Positions 38,476 to 49,340 of a DNA stretch of 64,000 nt are shown piece by piece. The position numbers and the translations under genes were made by a program. Positions within the stretch are counted from its first letter, which is position 1, and each line of letters begins with the position of its first letter. Below the pieces are notes generated by a model that was not told the origin of the DNA, made no database searches, and worked only from the letters and a program-made list of their open reading frames with translations. Source of the DNA: an uncultured bacterium (GTDB lineage Bacteria > Acidobacteriota > HRBIN11 > JAKEFK01); the NCBI GenBank assembly GCA_963837395.1, contig CAWINI010000004.1:2699484-2763483 (forward strand), given 5' to 3'.

Positions 38476-40581
38476 AAGGCCCCGCATCCTTTGACCAGGG
38501 GCTGTTTTTGATGCACTTGCACAAAGGAAAGGAATACTTCGAACAGAATCAATTTCAAAAAGCTCGTGAAGAGCTGGAAGCAGCATACCATCTGCGTCCG
38601 CAAGACGAGAAAGTCCTGAATATGCTCGGGATGACCTATTTCAAACTAGAAATGCTGCCTCAGGCTGAAGAAATGTACACGGCGCTAACAGCCAATAATC
38701 CCGATGTTTATACCTTACAAAGCAATCTTGGTTTAATTCGGCTGAAACTAGACAAGCTTGAAAAGGCCGAAGATTCGCTCAACCGTGCGCTCGAACTTCA
38801 ACCTTCAAATCCGAAAGCGCATTTTTATCTTGGACTCTTATACGAAAAGATGGACAAGCTGGACAAGGCATTATTCCATTTCGAGCAAGCTCATGCAGAT
38901 AAAATGATTCAAAAAGTTAAGCACAAATTGGAAGAAGTGAAATCCAAAGAATACACTTTACTTCCATTCACAGTTGTAGAAGTGCTGGATGACGAAACTT
39001 CCATTCCGGTGCAAACAGAAGCAATGTTTCAAACAAGTGTTGCGCCTCTGCCGGTAGATGAACCAACACCGATTCATCAAGAAGAAAAGCTTCAGATTAA
39101 GGATGAGGAAATTGCTTCCGCAGCTGCAGAGAGTGAATGGGTAGAAGGTGGATCAAGCACAGGCAAGATGAGACGTCACGATGTAATGGAAGCGATGGAT
39201 CAAAGAGAAGAAGAGGAAGAGCTTGTAGAAGACGCTGAAAGTGAAGAAGAGGTGGTAAAAGAAGAAGCAGTCATTGATGACGAAACTCGCCCTCCGATGG
39301 ATGTAAGTGAATCGGAATCACACGATGAAATGAAATCAGATGATGCGTCTGAAGGAATCAATTCAACTGCAGCATCATTATTCATTCCTGATGAAATGGC
39401 TGCAGATATTTCGCAATTTTTGGCTCAGAGCCGTGATGATGAGCCTGTCAATGAGGAAAATTTTGTAAAGGAACCGCCTGGAGAAGCAACGGTTGAAGAA
39501 AATCATGTATTGGTTGCTACGGTGGAATCTCCATTTGAAGAACCTCCTGAGGAATTAAGCAAAATTCCAACTCCGGAAGAAGTAGAAAATGCTGTTGCAG
39601 AGATGGAACAAAAAGATGATGAACCGGTTGATGAGCAGCGCGAAATACCTCCTGCAAAGGAACCTCCTTCAGAACGTCCTCCATATGAAGAGCCACCTAC
39701 GGAGCAAGTACCGGTAGAAGAACCGGTTGAAGAACCGCCAGTTCAAGCACCGCAAGAAGAAATTGCAACTAGCGATCCGTTTGGTCCGGATGTAATCAAT
39801 GATTCAGTTGAGAAATCATTTGCAGCTGCCATTCGTCCGGATCCACACAGCGCTAGGACAATTGAACATACAATTTCAATGGATCCAGTTGAACATGTTG
39901 TTCATCCAGTTAAAACGCAAGAGCTTTATCAGCCTGCAAATTTGGATCAATTTTCGCGTGATCGATATTATGTCCAACCATTAATTGGAGCAGATCGATT
40001 CCTTTTGATCGATCCACATCTACTTGAAATAATAATTTCCGACAGACTCATCGTTCGAAAAGGAACGATCTCCAGTTTTACCGGCAATCTTTCATTTGAG
40101 CCCTGGCAGAAAGATGATCAGACTCTGCCTTTAATACAAGTTAGTGGCGCAGGAATTTTATTTTTAGCGGAAAGGCGTCAGGATATTTACTTGATTTCAC
40201 TGAACAATGAAACCTTGTTTGTGGAATCGAATCATATTCTTGTAGTTCAATCCGCTTTAAAAGTCGAACCTCACTTTTTCGTAAAGACTCCTTCCGATGA
40301 TAATTTTGCAATGGTTAAAGTATCAGGTAGAGGAACACTTGCTCTTACCTGTCATTCAAAACCTTTGACTCTGAATGTCTACGATGCAATGCCAGCAAAT
40401 ATTCCGGCAGATGCATTGATTGCCTGGTCCAGGACGACTGACATGTGACATTCTGGCTGACCCGGATCTTAACAAGATCATGATGTCAGGCGAAGGCACA
40501 ATCCTGTTGCGATTTACCGGCAGCGGCGATGTCGTGGTTGAGCAAGGCAGTCTCTGGGGCGAACGCCGCACCAAGAAGTAA
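38469..40581 (+). CDS. TPR-repeat protein with a ~300-residue polyacidic linker and a C-terminal AIM24-like (DUF124) domain (frameshifted near 40416-40448 in this assembly)
   Basis: N-terminal TPRs; E/D-rich low-complexity region; AIM24-like beta domain. The last 44 codons (DILADPDLNKIMMSGEGTILLRFTGSGDVVVEQGSLWGERRTKK, carrying the conserved GeG...GpG..vq ending) are in the +1 frame after the apparent stop at 40448; 7-nt overlap with the SLT gene. Confidence 0.65.
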
Positions 40582-40682
40582 TCTCCGCAATTCCGACTTG
40601 CCATCGTTTTTCTTCATACATTTTCATTGACTTGATTCATCAAACTGGCTACCCTTGAAAAGGGCTCAGTTTTATTTTTTTC

Positions 40683-42083
40683 ATGAAGAAGTATTTTCTA
40701 CTGTTATTCCTTCTAATTTTGTCGAAATCTTCTTCCGCCCAAGAGACGGTTTTTCCAAATCCTGCCAGATTCCCAATGCCTGAAGCTTACAAATCCAACG
40801 TAGATTTCTGGATGCGCGTTTACGGTGAATGGGAGGATGACAAGCTGGTGATTCATGATTCCAAAAACATGAACATCATTTTTGAAATCCAGGATATGCC
40901 TGATGAAAATAGCCTGTTATGGTCCGCTGCACGCGCTGGAATAAGCAAGCGTGTCGATTATTTCAAATCTATCTTGCGACAGCTTCAGTCCGATCCCGCC
41001 AATGCGGAGCTTTCCGATGATCATCGAAAAGTTTTTGCACTGTACAAAAATATTTATGACCCTGAAAAATTCAGTAAAGCTGCTGAAAATATTCGCGTGC
41101 AACAAGGAATCAAAGATCGTTTTGAGCAGGGTTTATCGCGCATGCATTTATATTTGGATGAAATCAAGAAAGCACTTCGCGAAGAAGGCGTGCCGGAAGA
41201 AATTGCCTACCTTCCGTTGGTTGAATCTTCATTTAACAATCAGTCACTTTCAAAAACGCGTGCTGCAGGAATCTGGCAATTCATGCCCGCAACTGCACGA
41301 ACTTATGCTATGAAAGTAAATTCAGATATTGATGAACGATTAGATCCGTATGTGGCAACGCGTGCGGCTGCGCGTTATCTAAACAGAAGTTATCAGATGT
41401 TTGGAAACTGGCCAGTTGCAATTATGTCTTACAATCACGGCCAGCAAGGAATCCGAAATGCGATAAATTCATTAGGTACCAGCGATTTCATAACGATAGT
41501 TACACGGTATGACGGAAGATACTTTGGTTTTGCATCAAGAAATTTTTATGCGGAATTCCTTGCAGCTTGCAAAGTGATGGATCAGGCAGACAAGTATTTC
41601 AAGAAAATTGATTACGCAAAAGCTCAATCACATGATTCCATCACGCTTTCCAGATCACTGTATGCCTCTTCATTAATTGATCATTCTTCAATAACACGCG
41701 AAGAACTTCGAACCCTGAATCCAGCATTACAATCCAGTGTAATTTTTTCAAAAAGACCGATCCCTGCCGGCTATGAACTCAGGTTGCCAGCAGGACGTTA
41801 CAAAGACCTGATTTCCTTCATCGCCCAGGTTCGCGGAGCTGAACCACAACAAACCACGCAACCAAAACTAGCTGCTGCGAAAATTACACCGGCAACAAAC
41901 AAAGTTGCGAAAAGCACCCCCCCAGGCTCAAAATGTTCGCAATCTTATGTCGTTCGGAAAGGTGATACGTTGTTTTCTATTTCCAGGAGATTTTCTTCCA
42001 GTATCGCAGAAATCCAAAATGCCAACGGTCTGAATCATAGCCGTATTATGCCAGGACAAAAGCTGCGCATTCCAATCTGCTAA
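40683..42083 (+). CDS. mltD: membrane-bound lytic murein transglycosylase D-like (SLT catalytic domain plus C-terminal LysM)
   Basis: Signal peptide; LPLVESSFNNQSLSKTRAAGIWQFMPATAR...SYNHG catalytic region; C-terminal LysM (YVVRKGDTLFSISRRF...GQKLRIP). Confidence 0.8.
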   Translation: MKKYFLLLFLLILSKSSSAQETVFPNPARFPMPEAYKSNVDFWMRVYGEWEDDKLVIHDSKNMNIIFEIQDMPDENSLLWSAARAGISKRVDYFKSILRQLQSDPANAELSDDHRKVFALYKNIYDPEKFSKAAENIRVQQGIKDRFEQGLSRMHLYLDEIKKALREEGVPEEIAYLPLVESSFNNQSLSKTRAAGIWQFMPATARTYAMKVNSDIDERLDPYVATRAAARYLNRSYQMFGNWPVAIMSYNHGQQGIRNAINSLGTSDFITIVTRYDGRYFGFASRNFYAEFLAACKVMDQADKYFKKIDYAKAQSHDSITLSRSLYASSLIDHSSITREELRTLNPALQSSVIFSKRPIPAGYELRLPAGRYKDLISFIAQVRGAEPQQTTQPKLAAAKITPATNKVAKSTPPGSKCSQSYVVRKGDTLFSISRRFSSSIAEIQNANGLNHSRIMPGQKLRIPIC

Positions 42084-42826
42084 TGCCCTCCGCTAAAACA
42101 GAAGCGTTCGTTCTACGCACTTATCGACTCGCTGAAAACGACAAGATAGCAATTTTGTTTACGCGCGATCATGGAAAAATCCGTTTTGTAGCCAAAGGCG
42201 CCAGAAAAATGAAGAATCGTTTTGGTGCTGCTCTGGAAGTGTTAACCCATCTTCACATCTCCTTCTTTGAAAAACCAAATCGCGATCTGCAAATTCTCGA
42301 TCATGCCGAAATCCTGTTCTCGCCTCACATGCGTGAAGGAGCTTCCCGTACCCATTTCTACCTGTTTTATTTTGCAGAACTAATTCATGAATTCTTTCCC
42401 GATCATGAGAAAAATGTCAAAGCTTTTCGCATGCTGTTAAACATCGAAACAGCATTGAAAAATAAGCAAAATCTCGAGTATGTGGCACGCTATCTTGAAT
42501 TGCATTTGCTGCACTCTCAAGGTATCCTTTCCAGTGTTACATTCTGTTCAGGATGTAACCGCCCCTTTGAGTCTCTCCAGGAACGTCGGTACCTGGGTAC
42601 AGGGACCGAAATCTTTTGCAAACGATGCCGTACTGCGGAGAGTTATGCATTGTCGGTTCCTCTTGTAAAAAATATCGACAGTTTTGAAAAAGGGGCATTG
42701 GATTGGGCGAAAACTCTGCCAGCTCCAGTGATGCAAGAGCTCGGTTCGTTAAATCAAATGTTGATTCAACGATTCCTGGGCAAAGAATTGCAATCCTATC
42801 GGTTGAAAAAACATCTGGCAGAATAG
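42083..42826 (+). CDS. recO: DNA repair protein RecO
   Basis: N-terminal OB-fold pattern (EAFVLRTYRLAENDKIAILFTRDHGKIRFVAKGARK) and a C-terminal Cys cluster (CSGC...CKRC); TAATG stop/start overlap with mltD. Confidence 0.85.
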   Translation: MPSAKTEAFVLRTYRLAENDKIAILFTRDHGKIRFVAKGARKMKNRFGAALEVLTHLHISFFEKPNRDLQILDHAEILFSPHMREGASRTHFYLFYFAELIHEFFPDHEKNVKAFRMLLNIETALKNKQNLEYVARYLELHLLHSQGILSSVTFCSGCNRPFESLQERRYLGTGTEIFCKRCRTAESYALSVPLVKNIDSFEKGALDWAKTLPAPVMQELGSLNQMLIQRFLGKELQSYRLKKHLAE

Positions 42827-42827
42827 T

Positions 42828-42887
42828 GTAGGGGCGACCGGAAGGTCGCCCTGTTAATTGGAAGGGCGAGCTTCCGCTCGCCCCTAC
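42828..42887. promoter_or_regulatory. nested GC-rich palindromes between recO and glyQS: outer GTAGGGGCG/CGCCCCTAC arms enclosing two mirror-image hairpins (GGGGCGACC-ggaa-GGTCGCCC and GGGCGAGC-ttcc-GCTCGCCC)
   Basis: Reverse-complement relationships read directly; several mutually exclusive foldings are possible (two small hairpins or one ~24-bp stem). Confidence 0.5.
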
Positions 42888-42902
42888 GCATTTAAATAGC
42901 TT

Positions 42903-45817
42903 ATGACTTTCCAGGATTTAATATTCTCGTTACAACAATTTTGGGCAAAACAAGGTTGTATTATTCAACAACCTTACGATATTGAAGTGGGTGCCGGGAC
43001 AATGCATCCTGAAACATTTCTGCGCGTGCTTGGACGCGATCCTTATAAGGTAGCGTACGTGCAGCCGAGCCGGCGGCCTGCCGACGGCCGTTATGGTGAA
43101 AATCCTAATCGCCTTTATAAACATCATCAATGTCAAGTCATTTTGAAACCCTCACCAAGCGATGTTCAAGATTTGTATCTTGATAGTCTGCGTTCGTTTG
43201 GAATCGATCCTTCGAAACACGATATCCGTTTTGAAGAAGATAATTGGGAATCTCCAACTTTGGGTGCATGGGGAATCGGCTGGCAGGTTCTTTTAGATGG
43301 TTTGGAAATCACGCAGTTCACTTATTTTCAGCAAGCAGGTGGAATCGATCTGTCCCCTGTTTCTGCAGAAATTACTTATGGCCTGGAAAGAATCACCGCG
43401 ATGTTAACTTCAAAAGAAAGTATCTATGACATCGAATGGGTCGAAGGATATACATATGGCCAGGTCCGTCTTGCAGAAGAACAGCAATTCTCAAAATATT
43501 CTTTCGAACTTGCGGATATCGAGTTACATTCTCAATTGCTTTCACAATACGAAGCGGAAGCAAAAAGAATGATTGAAGCAGGACTTTTTCTTGTAGCTTA
43601 CGAATATTGCCTCAAGTGTTCGCATGTTTTTAATGTTTTAGAAGCTCGCGGTGCAATCAGTGTAACTGAAAGAACTGGAATTATTGCACGCATCCGGAAT
43701 TTGGTTTGCCAGGTTGCACAACAGTACACCGGAGGTGCCTTTCAAATGCCTGAGCTTCTTTTCGAAATCGGTTGTGAAGAAATTCCTGCGGAAGATCTAA
43801 TTCGATTACCGGAAGAATTAAAACAATCAGCTCAAAAGTCATTTGAGACAAATCGTATTCAGTATTCCGACGTAAGAGCTTTCGCTACTCCGCGAAGATT
43901 GACTCTGGTGGCGGATCTCCAAGTAATGCAACAGGATCTAAAGGAGCAGCGCACTGGACCCGCTCGCAAAGTTGCTTTTGATGCCGCCGGAAATCCAACT
44001 TCAGCTGGATTAGGCTTTGCAAAAAGTGCCGGACTGCCATTTGAAAAACTCGGCATCAAATCTACCCCCAAGGGTGAATATCTGGTTGCTGAAATTTTGG
44101 TAGCTGGCCGCAAAACCCGGGATGTTCTGATAGAAATAATTCCAGCAATTACCAAAGGACTTTCATTTCGCAAGTTTATGAAATGGGGTTCTGAGGATTT
44201 TTCTTTCGGACGTCCTATTCGAAATTTAGTATTGCTTTTCGATAATGAAATAATTCCGCTTACTATCGCAGGCGTTTCTTCAAGCCGCTTCACGTTCGGT
44301 CATCGTTTCATGGGAAAAAACAAAATAGAAGTTGATAGCTTTGGACAATATAGAAAAACACTTGAAGAAAATGGGGTGATACTTGCGTTTGAAGATCGAT
44401 CAGATCGGATCCAACATCAACTTCATGACCATTCGGTGAAAGCAAATAGTGCATTGCGCGAAGATAAAGAATTATTGGAGATAATGGCGAATGAAGTCGA
44501 ATATCCGGAAGTTCTCACCGGAACATTCCCCGAAGAATTCCTGAAGCTGCCGCAAGAAATTTTGATCAATGCCATGCGGAAACATCAAAAATATTTTTGT
44601 GCTACCGATGCTGCAGGCAATTTACTTCCTGTTTTTTTTACAGTGCTTAATATCCATGCTACAGATCCTGAACTGATCCGAAAAGGACACAAACGTGTGT
44701 TGATGGCGCGGCTGCGTGATGCAGAATTCTTCTGGCGTGAGGATTTGAAATCGGATCTGATTACACTTCAAAATAAGCTGAGCCGTGTTACGTACCACGA
44801 GAAACTCGGTTCGTATACCGAGAAAGTAAGCCGGATGCTAAGAATATCGGATGAAATCATTAAACAGACAAAGCTTGAAGAAATTAGTCCGAAACTTCGA
44901 AAACTGATTCAAATGAGCAAGGCAGATCTGGTGACCTTGATGGTTGGAGAATTTCCTGAGTTGCAAGGAATTATGTCCGGATTGTTTGCCCGCGAAATGA
45001 AATTGCCGGAAGAAGAATGGCAAGCTCTTTATGATCAGTATTTGCCGGCTTCCGCTGAAGGCAGCATGCCTCGAAATCTGTTGGGAGCTTTCTTATCGCT
45101 AATTGATCGGATTGAAATTCTTACATCAGGTTATGTGTTAAACATGATTCCAACTGGTTCTCGCGATCCATATGCTTTGCGCCGTGCAGCTACAGCTGTA
45201 ATCCGAATCCTTTTGGATTTTCGATTAAAAATGGATCTGCGGCCGATCATCGATCAGGTATTCACCCTGTACAATCTCAAAACGAAACTCAGCCGTGATG
45301 AGATGCTGCATGGAGTAATGGAGTTATTGGAAGCGCGATTTAGATTTTTGATGGAACAGCGCGGAATTGCCCACGATTATTTAAATGCAATTTTGACTGT
45401 TGGGTCCGGAATTTTTCTGGATGCATTTAATCGGGCAAATGCACTCTGGTCGAAGAATCAATCTGAAGATTTGAAAACTCTGGCTCGATGCTTTAAAAGG
45501 ATCAATAATATTATTTCCGGCCAGCCTGATCATCAAATTGATCCGGAAAAACTGACTGAGGATGGAGAAAAAAGATTGAATCAGGTGTTTACGGATATGG
45601 AATTCCGGGTCAGTCAGTTAATTCAGGAAGGGCAATATCTCGATGCGCTGGACATTATGGTTACTCTCGGTTCCAGGAGATCGATAATTTTTTTGATGAA
45701 GTGCTGGTGATGGCTGAGGATGAACAATTGCGCAACAATCGCATAGCATTGCTGCAAAAAATCAGTCATTTATATCGTAAAATTGCAGATTTTTCGCAGC
45801 TGCAGATTGAAATGTAA
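42903..45817 (+). CDS. glyQS: fused glycine--tRNA ligase alpha+beta subunits (frameshifted near 45673 in this assembly)
   Basis: N-terminal GlyQ ([19 protein letters not shown]...) fused to GlyS. The C-terminal GlyS tail ([45 protein letters not shown]) lies in the -1 frame beyond the apparent stop at 45710; restoring one C in the CC run at 45673-45674 rejoins the frames. Confidence 0.85.
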
Positions 45818-45823
45818 GAGAGC

Positions 45824-45865
45824 GTCCGCGTAGGCGGACATTGAAGATCGCGGACTTTAGTCCGC
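45824..45865. promoter_or_regulatory. mirror-image hairpin pair GTCCGC-gtag-GCGGAC / GCGGAC-ttta-GTCCGC upstream of ppdK
   Basis: Read directly; same architecture as the recO/glyQS element; followed by an AAGGAAGGA RBS and the ppdK ATG at 45882. Confidence 0.45.
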
Positions 45866-45881
45866 TAAAGGAAGGATCGTT

Positions 45882-48578
45882 ATGAGTGAGAAACACATTT
45901 ATTTTTTTGGTGAAGGCAAAGCAGAAGGCACGGGCCAGATGAAAGATTTACTTGGAGGCAAGGGTGCTGGTCTGGCTGAAATGACAAATCTTGGCATTAA
46001 TGTTCCGCCGGGTTTCACAATTACAACACGAGTTTGCACGCTCTTTTATGAAAACGGTGGAAAGGTAACAGAAAGCCTGGTGGAAGATCAGAAGAAAAAT
46101 TTGCAACGTTTAGAAAAAGTATTGGTTAAAAAACTTGGAGATCCTGAAAATCCTTTGCTGGTTTCAGTGCGCTCTGGTGCAAAATTTTCGATGCCCGGAA
46201 TGATGGATACGATTTTAAACCTTGGCTTGAATGATCGAACCGTTGAAGGATTGGCCAAGCTTACGGACGACCGGCGTTTTGCACTGGATAGTTATCGGCG
46301 TTTCATTCAAATGTTTGGAAACGTAGTGCTGAATATTGCAAAGGAAAAATTTGAAAAACAACTTTCCGCAGTAAAGCAAGAAAAAAACGTAAAGTTGGAT
46401 ACTGAATTAAAATCTGAGGATTGGACTGAAGTGATTCGCAGATTTAAAGATGTCGTCCGGCAAGAAACAGGAAAAGATTTTCCTCAAGATCCGCAAGTGC
46501 AACTCGACATGGCTCGCGATGCGGTGTTTCAATCCTGGAATAACGACCGTGCGCGCTATTATCGAAAACAAAATAAGATTCCTGATGATCTTGGGACGGC
46601 AGTAAATGTGCAGGCCATGGTTTTCGGAAACATGGGAGATAAGTCCGCAACCGGTGTAGGCTTCACCCGAAATCCATCAACAGGCGAATCGCAATTCTAT
46701 GGTGAGTATTTAACGAATGCTCAAGGTGAAGATGTTGTTGCAGGTATCCGCACACCGAAAGCGATTACAGGATTAAAACAGGACATGCCGGCTGCATTTG
46801 AACAGTTAGTGGATATCACATCGCGTTTGGAAAAACATTATCGCGATGTGCAAGACTTCGAATTCACAATCGAAAATGAACGGCTGTTCATGCTGCAAAC
46901 GCGAACCGGCAAACGCACCGCAGCAGCCGCTGTGAAAATTGCGGTAGATATGGTGAATGAAGGATTGATTACCAAAGAGGAAGCTGTGTTGCGGATCGAT
47001 CCCGCACAATTAGATCAGTTGCTGCATCCCATCATTGATCCATCGCAAAAAGTAGATGTGGCTGCAACCGGACTTCCTGCATCACCCGGCGCTGCAACTG
47101 GTGTGATTGCATTTACTGCAGATGAAGCGGTTGAAGTTGTTGAGAGAGACAAGTTGCCGGTGATTTTGGTGCGTGAAGAAACAGTTCCCGATGATATTCA
47201 TGGAATGGATGTCGCGAAGGGTATTTTGACAGCACGCGGCGGCATGACCAGTCATGCAGCAGTAGTTGCCAGAGGAATGGGCAAACCATGTGTAGCCGGT
47301 TGTGAATCGCTTCAAATTGATGAACAAAATCGAACACTACGGATCGGCGACAAAGTAGTAAAAGACGGTGAATACATCACCCTTGATGGTGGAAAAGGTC
47401 ACGTTATTATTGGAAAGGTGAAATTGCAGGATGCGGAGTTAAGCGGCGAATTCGGGATTTTAATGAGTTGGGCGGATGAATTTCGAAAACTTAAGGTTCG
47501 CGCAAATGCTGATATTCCCCGAGATGCTCAAGTAGCAAGACGTTTTGGCGCACAAGGGATCGGCCTTTGCCGTAGTGAACATATGTTTTTTGATCCCGAA
47601 CGTATTCCGGTAATTCAGGAAATGATTCTGGCTCGCGACGCAGATGAACGGAAACCAGCGCTGCAAAAAATCAAAGAATGGCAGCGTTCTGACTTTATCG
47701 GTTTGTTCCGCGAAATGAATGGATTTCCCGTAACCGTTCGGTTGCTTGATCCGCCATTGCATGAATTTTTACCACGCCGTGAAGAATTAATGCTGGACAT
47801 TGCGCATCTAAAATCGCAGTCACGCCTGGACGCTGAAAAGAAAAAGGATTTAGTTCGCAAAGAAGCTTTATTAAAGCGTGTGAGTGAACTTCATGAAATG
47901 AATCCAATGTTAGGACATCGTGGTTGCCGTTTAGGTTTGACTTATCCTGATATTTCAGAAATGCAAATCGAAGCGATTTGTGAGGCCGCTGCAGAAGTTC
48001 AAAAAGATGGCGTGCGTTGTACGCCGGAAATCATGATTCCATTGGTAGGAATTGCAGAAGAGTTCCGTCTGGCGAAAAAGCAGGTTGATGAAGTTGCCGA
48101 ACGCGTCTTCACTAAACTCGGAATTCGAGTTTTGTATCTTACCGGAACGATGATTGAGTTACCCCGTGCAGCTTTGATCGCGGATGAAATCGCGCGCGAA
48201 GCCGAATTCTTTTCGTTTGGTACAAATGATCTGACGCAAACCACTTACGGATTCTCGCGCGATGATATCGGCAAATTTTTGCCGAAATATGTTGACATGA
48301 AAATTTTGCAGAAAGATCCATTTGTCACCATTGATCGAAAAGGTGTCGGACAGCTGATGAAGACTGCGGTAGAAAAAGGACGTTCAGCGCGTGGTGATTT
48401 GAAGCTGGGAATTTGTGGTGAACATGGCGGAGATCCTGAATCGGTGGAGTTCTGTCATTCACTGAAATTGAATTACGTAAGCTGTTCACCGTTTCGGGTT
48501 CCAATCGCACGCTTAGCGGCAGCACAAGCGGCGTTAAAAGAAAAAGGTGCGGGCGATCTTTCCAAGGCCCAACTGTAA
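45882..48578 (+). CDS. ppdK: pyruvate, phosphate dikinase
   Basis: PEP-utilising-enzyme motifs (GGMTSHAAVVARGMGKPCV phospho-His region; C-terminal TIM-barrel motifs NDLTQ and GICGE); 898 aa. Confidence 0.9.
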   Translation: MSEKHIYFFGEGKAEGTGQMKDLLGGKGAGLAEMTNLGINVPPGFTITTRVCTLFYENGGKVTESLVEDQKKNLQRLEKVLVKKLGDPENPLLVSVRSGAKFSMPGMMDTILNLGLNDRTVEGLAKLTDDRRFALDSYRRFIQMFGNVVLNIAKEKFEKQLSAVKQEKNVKLDTELKSEDWTEVIRRFKDVVRQETGKDFPQDPQVQLDMARDAVFQSWNNDRARYYRKQNKIPDDLGTAVNVQAMVFGNMGDKSATGVGFTRNPSTGESQFYGEYLTNAQGEDVVAGIRTPKAITGLKQDMPAAFEQLVDITSRLEKHYRDVQDFEFTIENERLFMLQTRTGKRTAAAAVKIAVDMVNEGLITKEEAVLRIDPAQLDQLLHPIIDPSQKVDVAATGLPASPGAATGVIAFTADEAVEVVERDKLPVILVREETVPDDIHGMDVAKGILTARGGMTSHAAVVARGMGKPCVAGCESLQIDEQNRTLRIGDKVVKDGEYITLDGGKGHVIIGKVKLQDAELSGEFGILMSWADEFRKLKVRANADIPRDAQVARRFGAQGIGLCRSEHMFFDPERIPVIQEMILARDADERKPALQKIKEWQRSDFIGLFREMNGFPVTVRLLDPPLHEFLPRREELMLDIAHLKSQSRLDAEKKKDLVRKEALLKRVSELHEMNPMLGHRGCRLGLTYPDISEMQIEAICEAAAEVQKDGVRCTPEIMIPLVGIAEEFRLAKKQVDEVAERVFTKLGIRVLYLTGTMIELPRAALIADEIAREAEFFSFGTNDLTQTTYGFSRDDIGKFLPKYVDMKILQKDPFVTIDRKGVGQLMKTAVEKGRSARGDLKLGICGEHGGDPESVEFCHSLKLNYVSCSPFRVPIARLAAAQAALKEKGAGDLSKAQL

Positions 48579-48654
48579 TGACTCACCACAATGGCACAAA
48601 GGCTACGAAGATATTTTTAATTAATAAAATTAACTTTGTGTACTCTGTGCCTTT

Positions 48655-49335
48655 GTGGTGAAATCTCAGATGTTATTAAAGGATGGAATTTTCCGTTTAG
48701 AACTCATTCCCACACTTCATGGTTTTACAACCCGCGAGTGGGGCAATCTTGGGTATGGAAAAAATCCGGGAGATCCGGATGTCACGGCAAACCGTGAGCG
48801 GCTATTTGCGGCTTTAAACGTTCGTGATCGAATCCACATCCAGCCGAAACAAGTTCACTCCGCAACTGTCATTGATGCGAATCAATTTGTTCCAGGCCAG
48901 GAAGCTGATGCATCTTTCGCCAATTCATCTCAGCATCTGCTTTCGGTATTAACCGCGGATTGTGTTCCGATTCTGTTTTATCATGCCGATGGTGTGGTTG
49001 CCGCTACACATGCCGGTTGGCGCGGGCTATTGAATGAAATAATTCCAGCGACTTTAAAAGCGCTTCCCCAAAATCCAGTCGCTGTTCTTGGTCCGGCTAT
49101 TGGGAAATGTTGTTATGAAGTCGGTGAAGAACTGGCAAAAGATTTTTCGGATCGATTCGGTGAGAGTGTTGTAGATCGCAATTACGAAAAACCGCATATC
49201 GATCTAGTAGGTTCAGCAATTCAGCAGCTTCAACAAGGTGGAGTTTCGGAATTAGAAGCCGCTCATTTTTGTACTAAATGCCACCCCGATTTATTCTTCT
49301 CATACAGACGCGATGGTTCTTCGGCCGGCAGATGA
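48655..49335 (+). CDS. pgeF: YfiH/PgeF family purine-nucleoside phosphorylase / peptidoglycan editing factor (DUF152)
   Basis: LTADCVPILFY...ATHAGWRG and C-terminal CTKCHPDLFFSYRRDG motifs. Confidence 0.8.
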   Translation: MVKSQMLLKDGIFRLELIPTLHGFTTREWGNLGYGKNPGDPDVTANRERLFAALNVRDRIHIQPKQVHSATVIDANQFVPGQEADASFANSSQHLLSVLTADCVPILFYHADGVVAATHAGWRGLLNEIIPATLKALPQNPVAVLGPAIGKCCYEVGEELAKDFSDRFGESVVDRNYEKPHIDLVGSAIQQLQQGGVSELEAAHFCTKCHPDLFFSYRRDGSSAGR

Positions 49336-49340
49336 GTTTT

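Noticed and set aside
42828-42902. T-box riboswitch upstream of glyQS
   Set aside because: No AGGGUGGNACCGCG T-box motif or specifier-loop architecture; only generic GC hairpins
43859-44293. 144-aa minus-strand ORF inside glyQS; also 46444-46650 and 47082-47907 inside ppdK
   Set aside because: Shadow ORFs of highly conserved housekeeping genes
48590-48660. Inverted repeat CACAAAGGC...GCCTTTGTG after ppdK
   Set aside because: 9-bp arms separated by an ~48-nt AT-rich loop with no T-tract; marginal as a terminator or as an element
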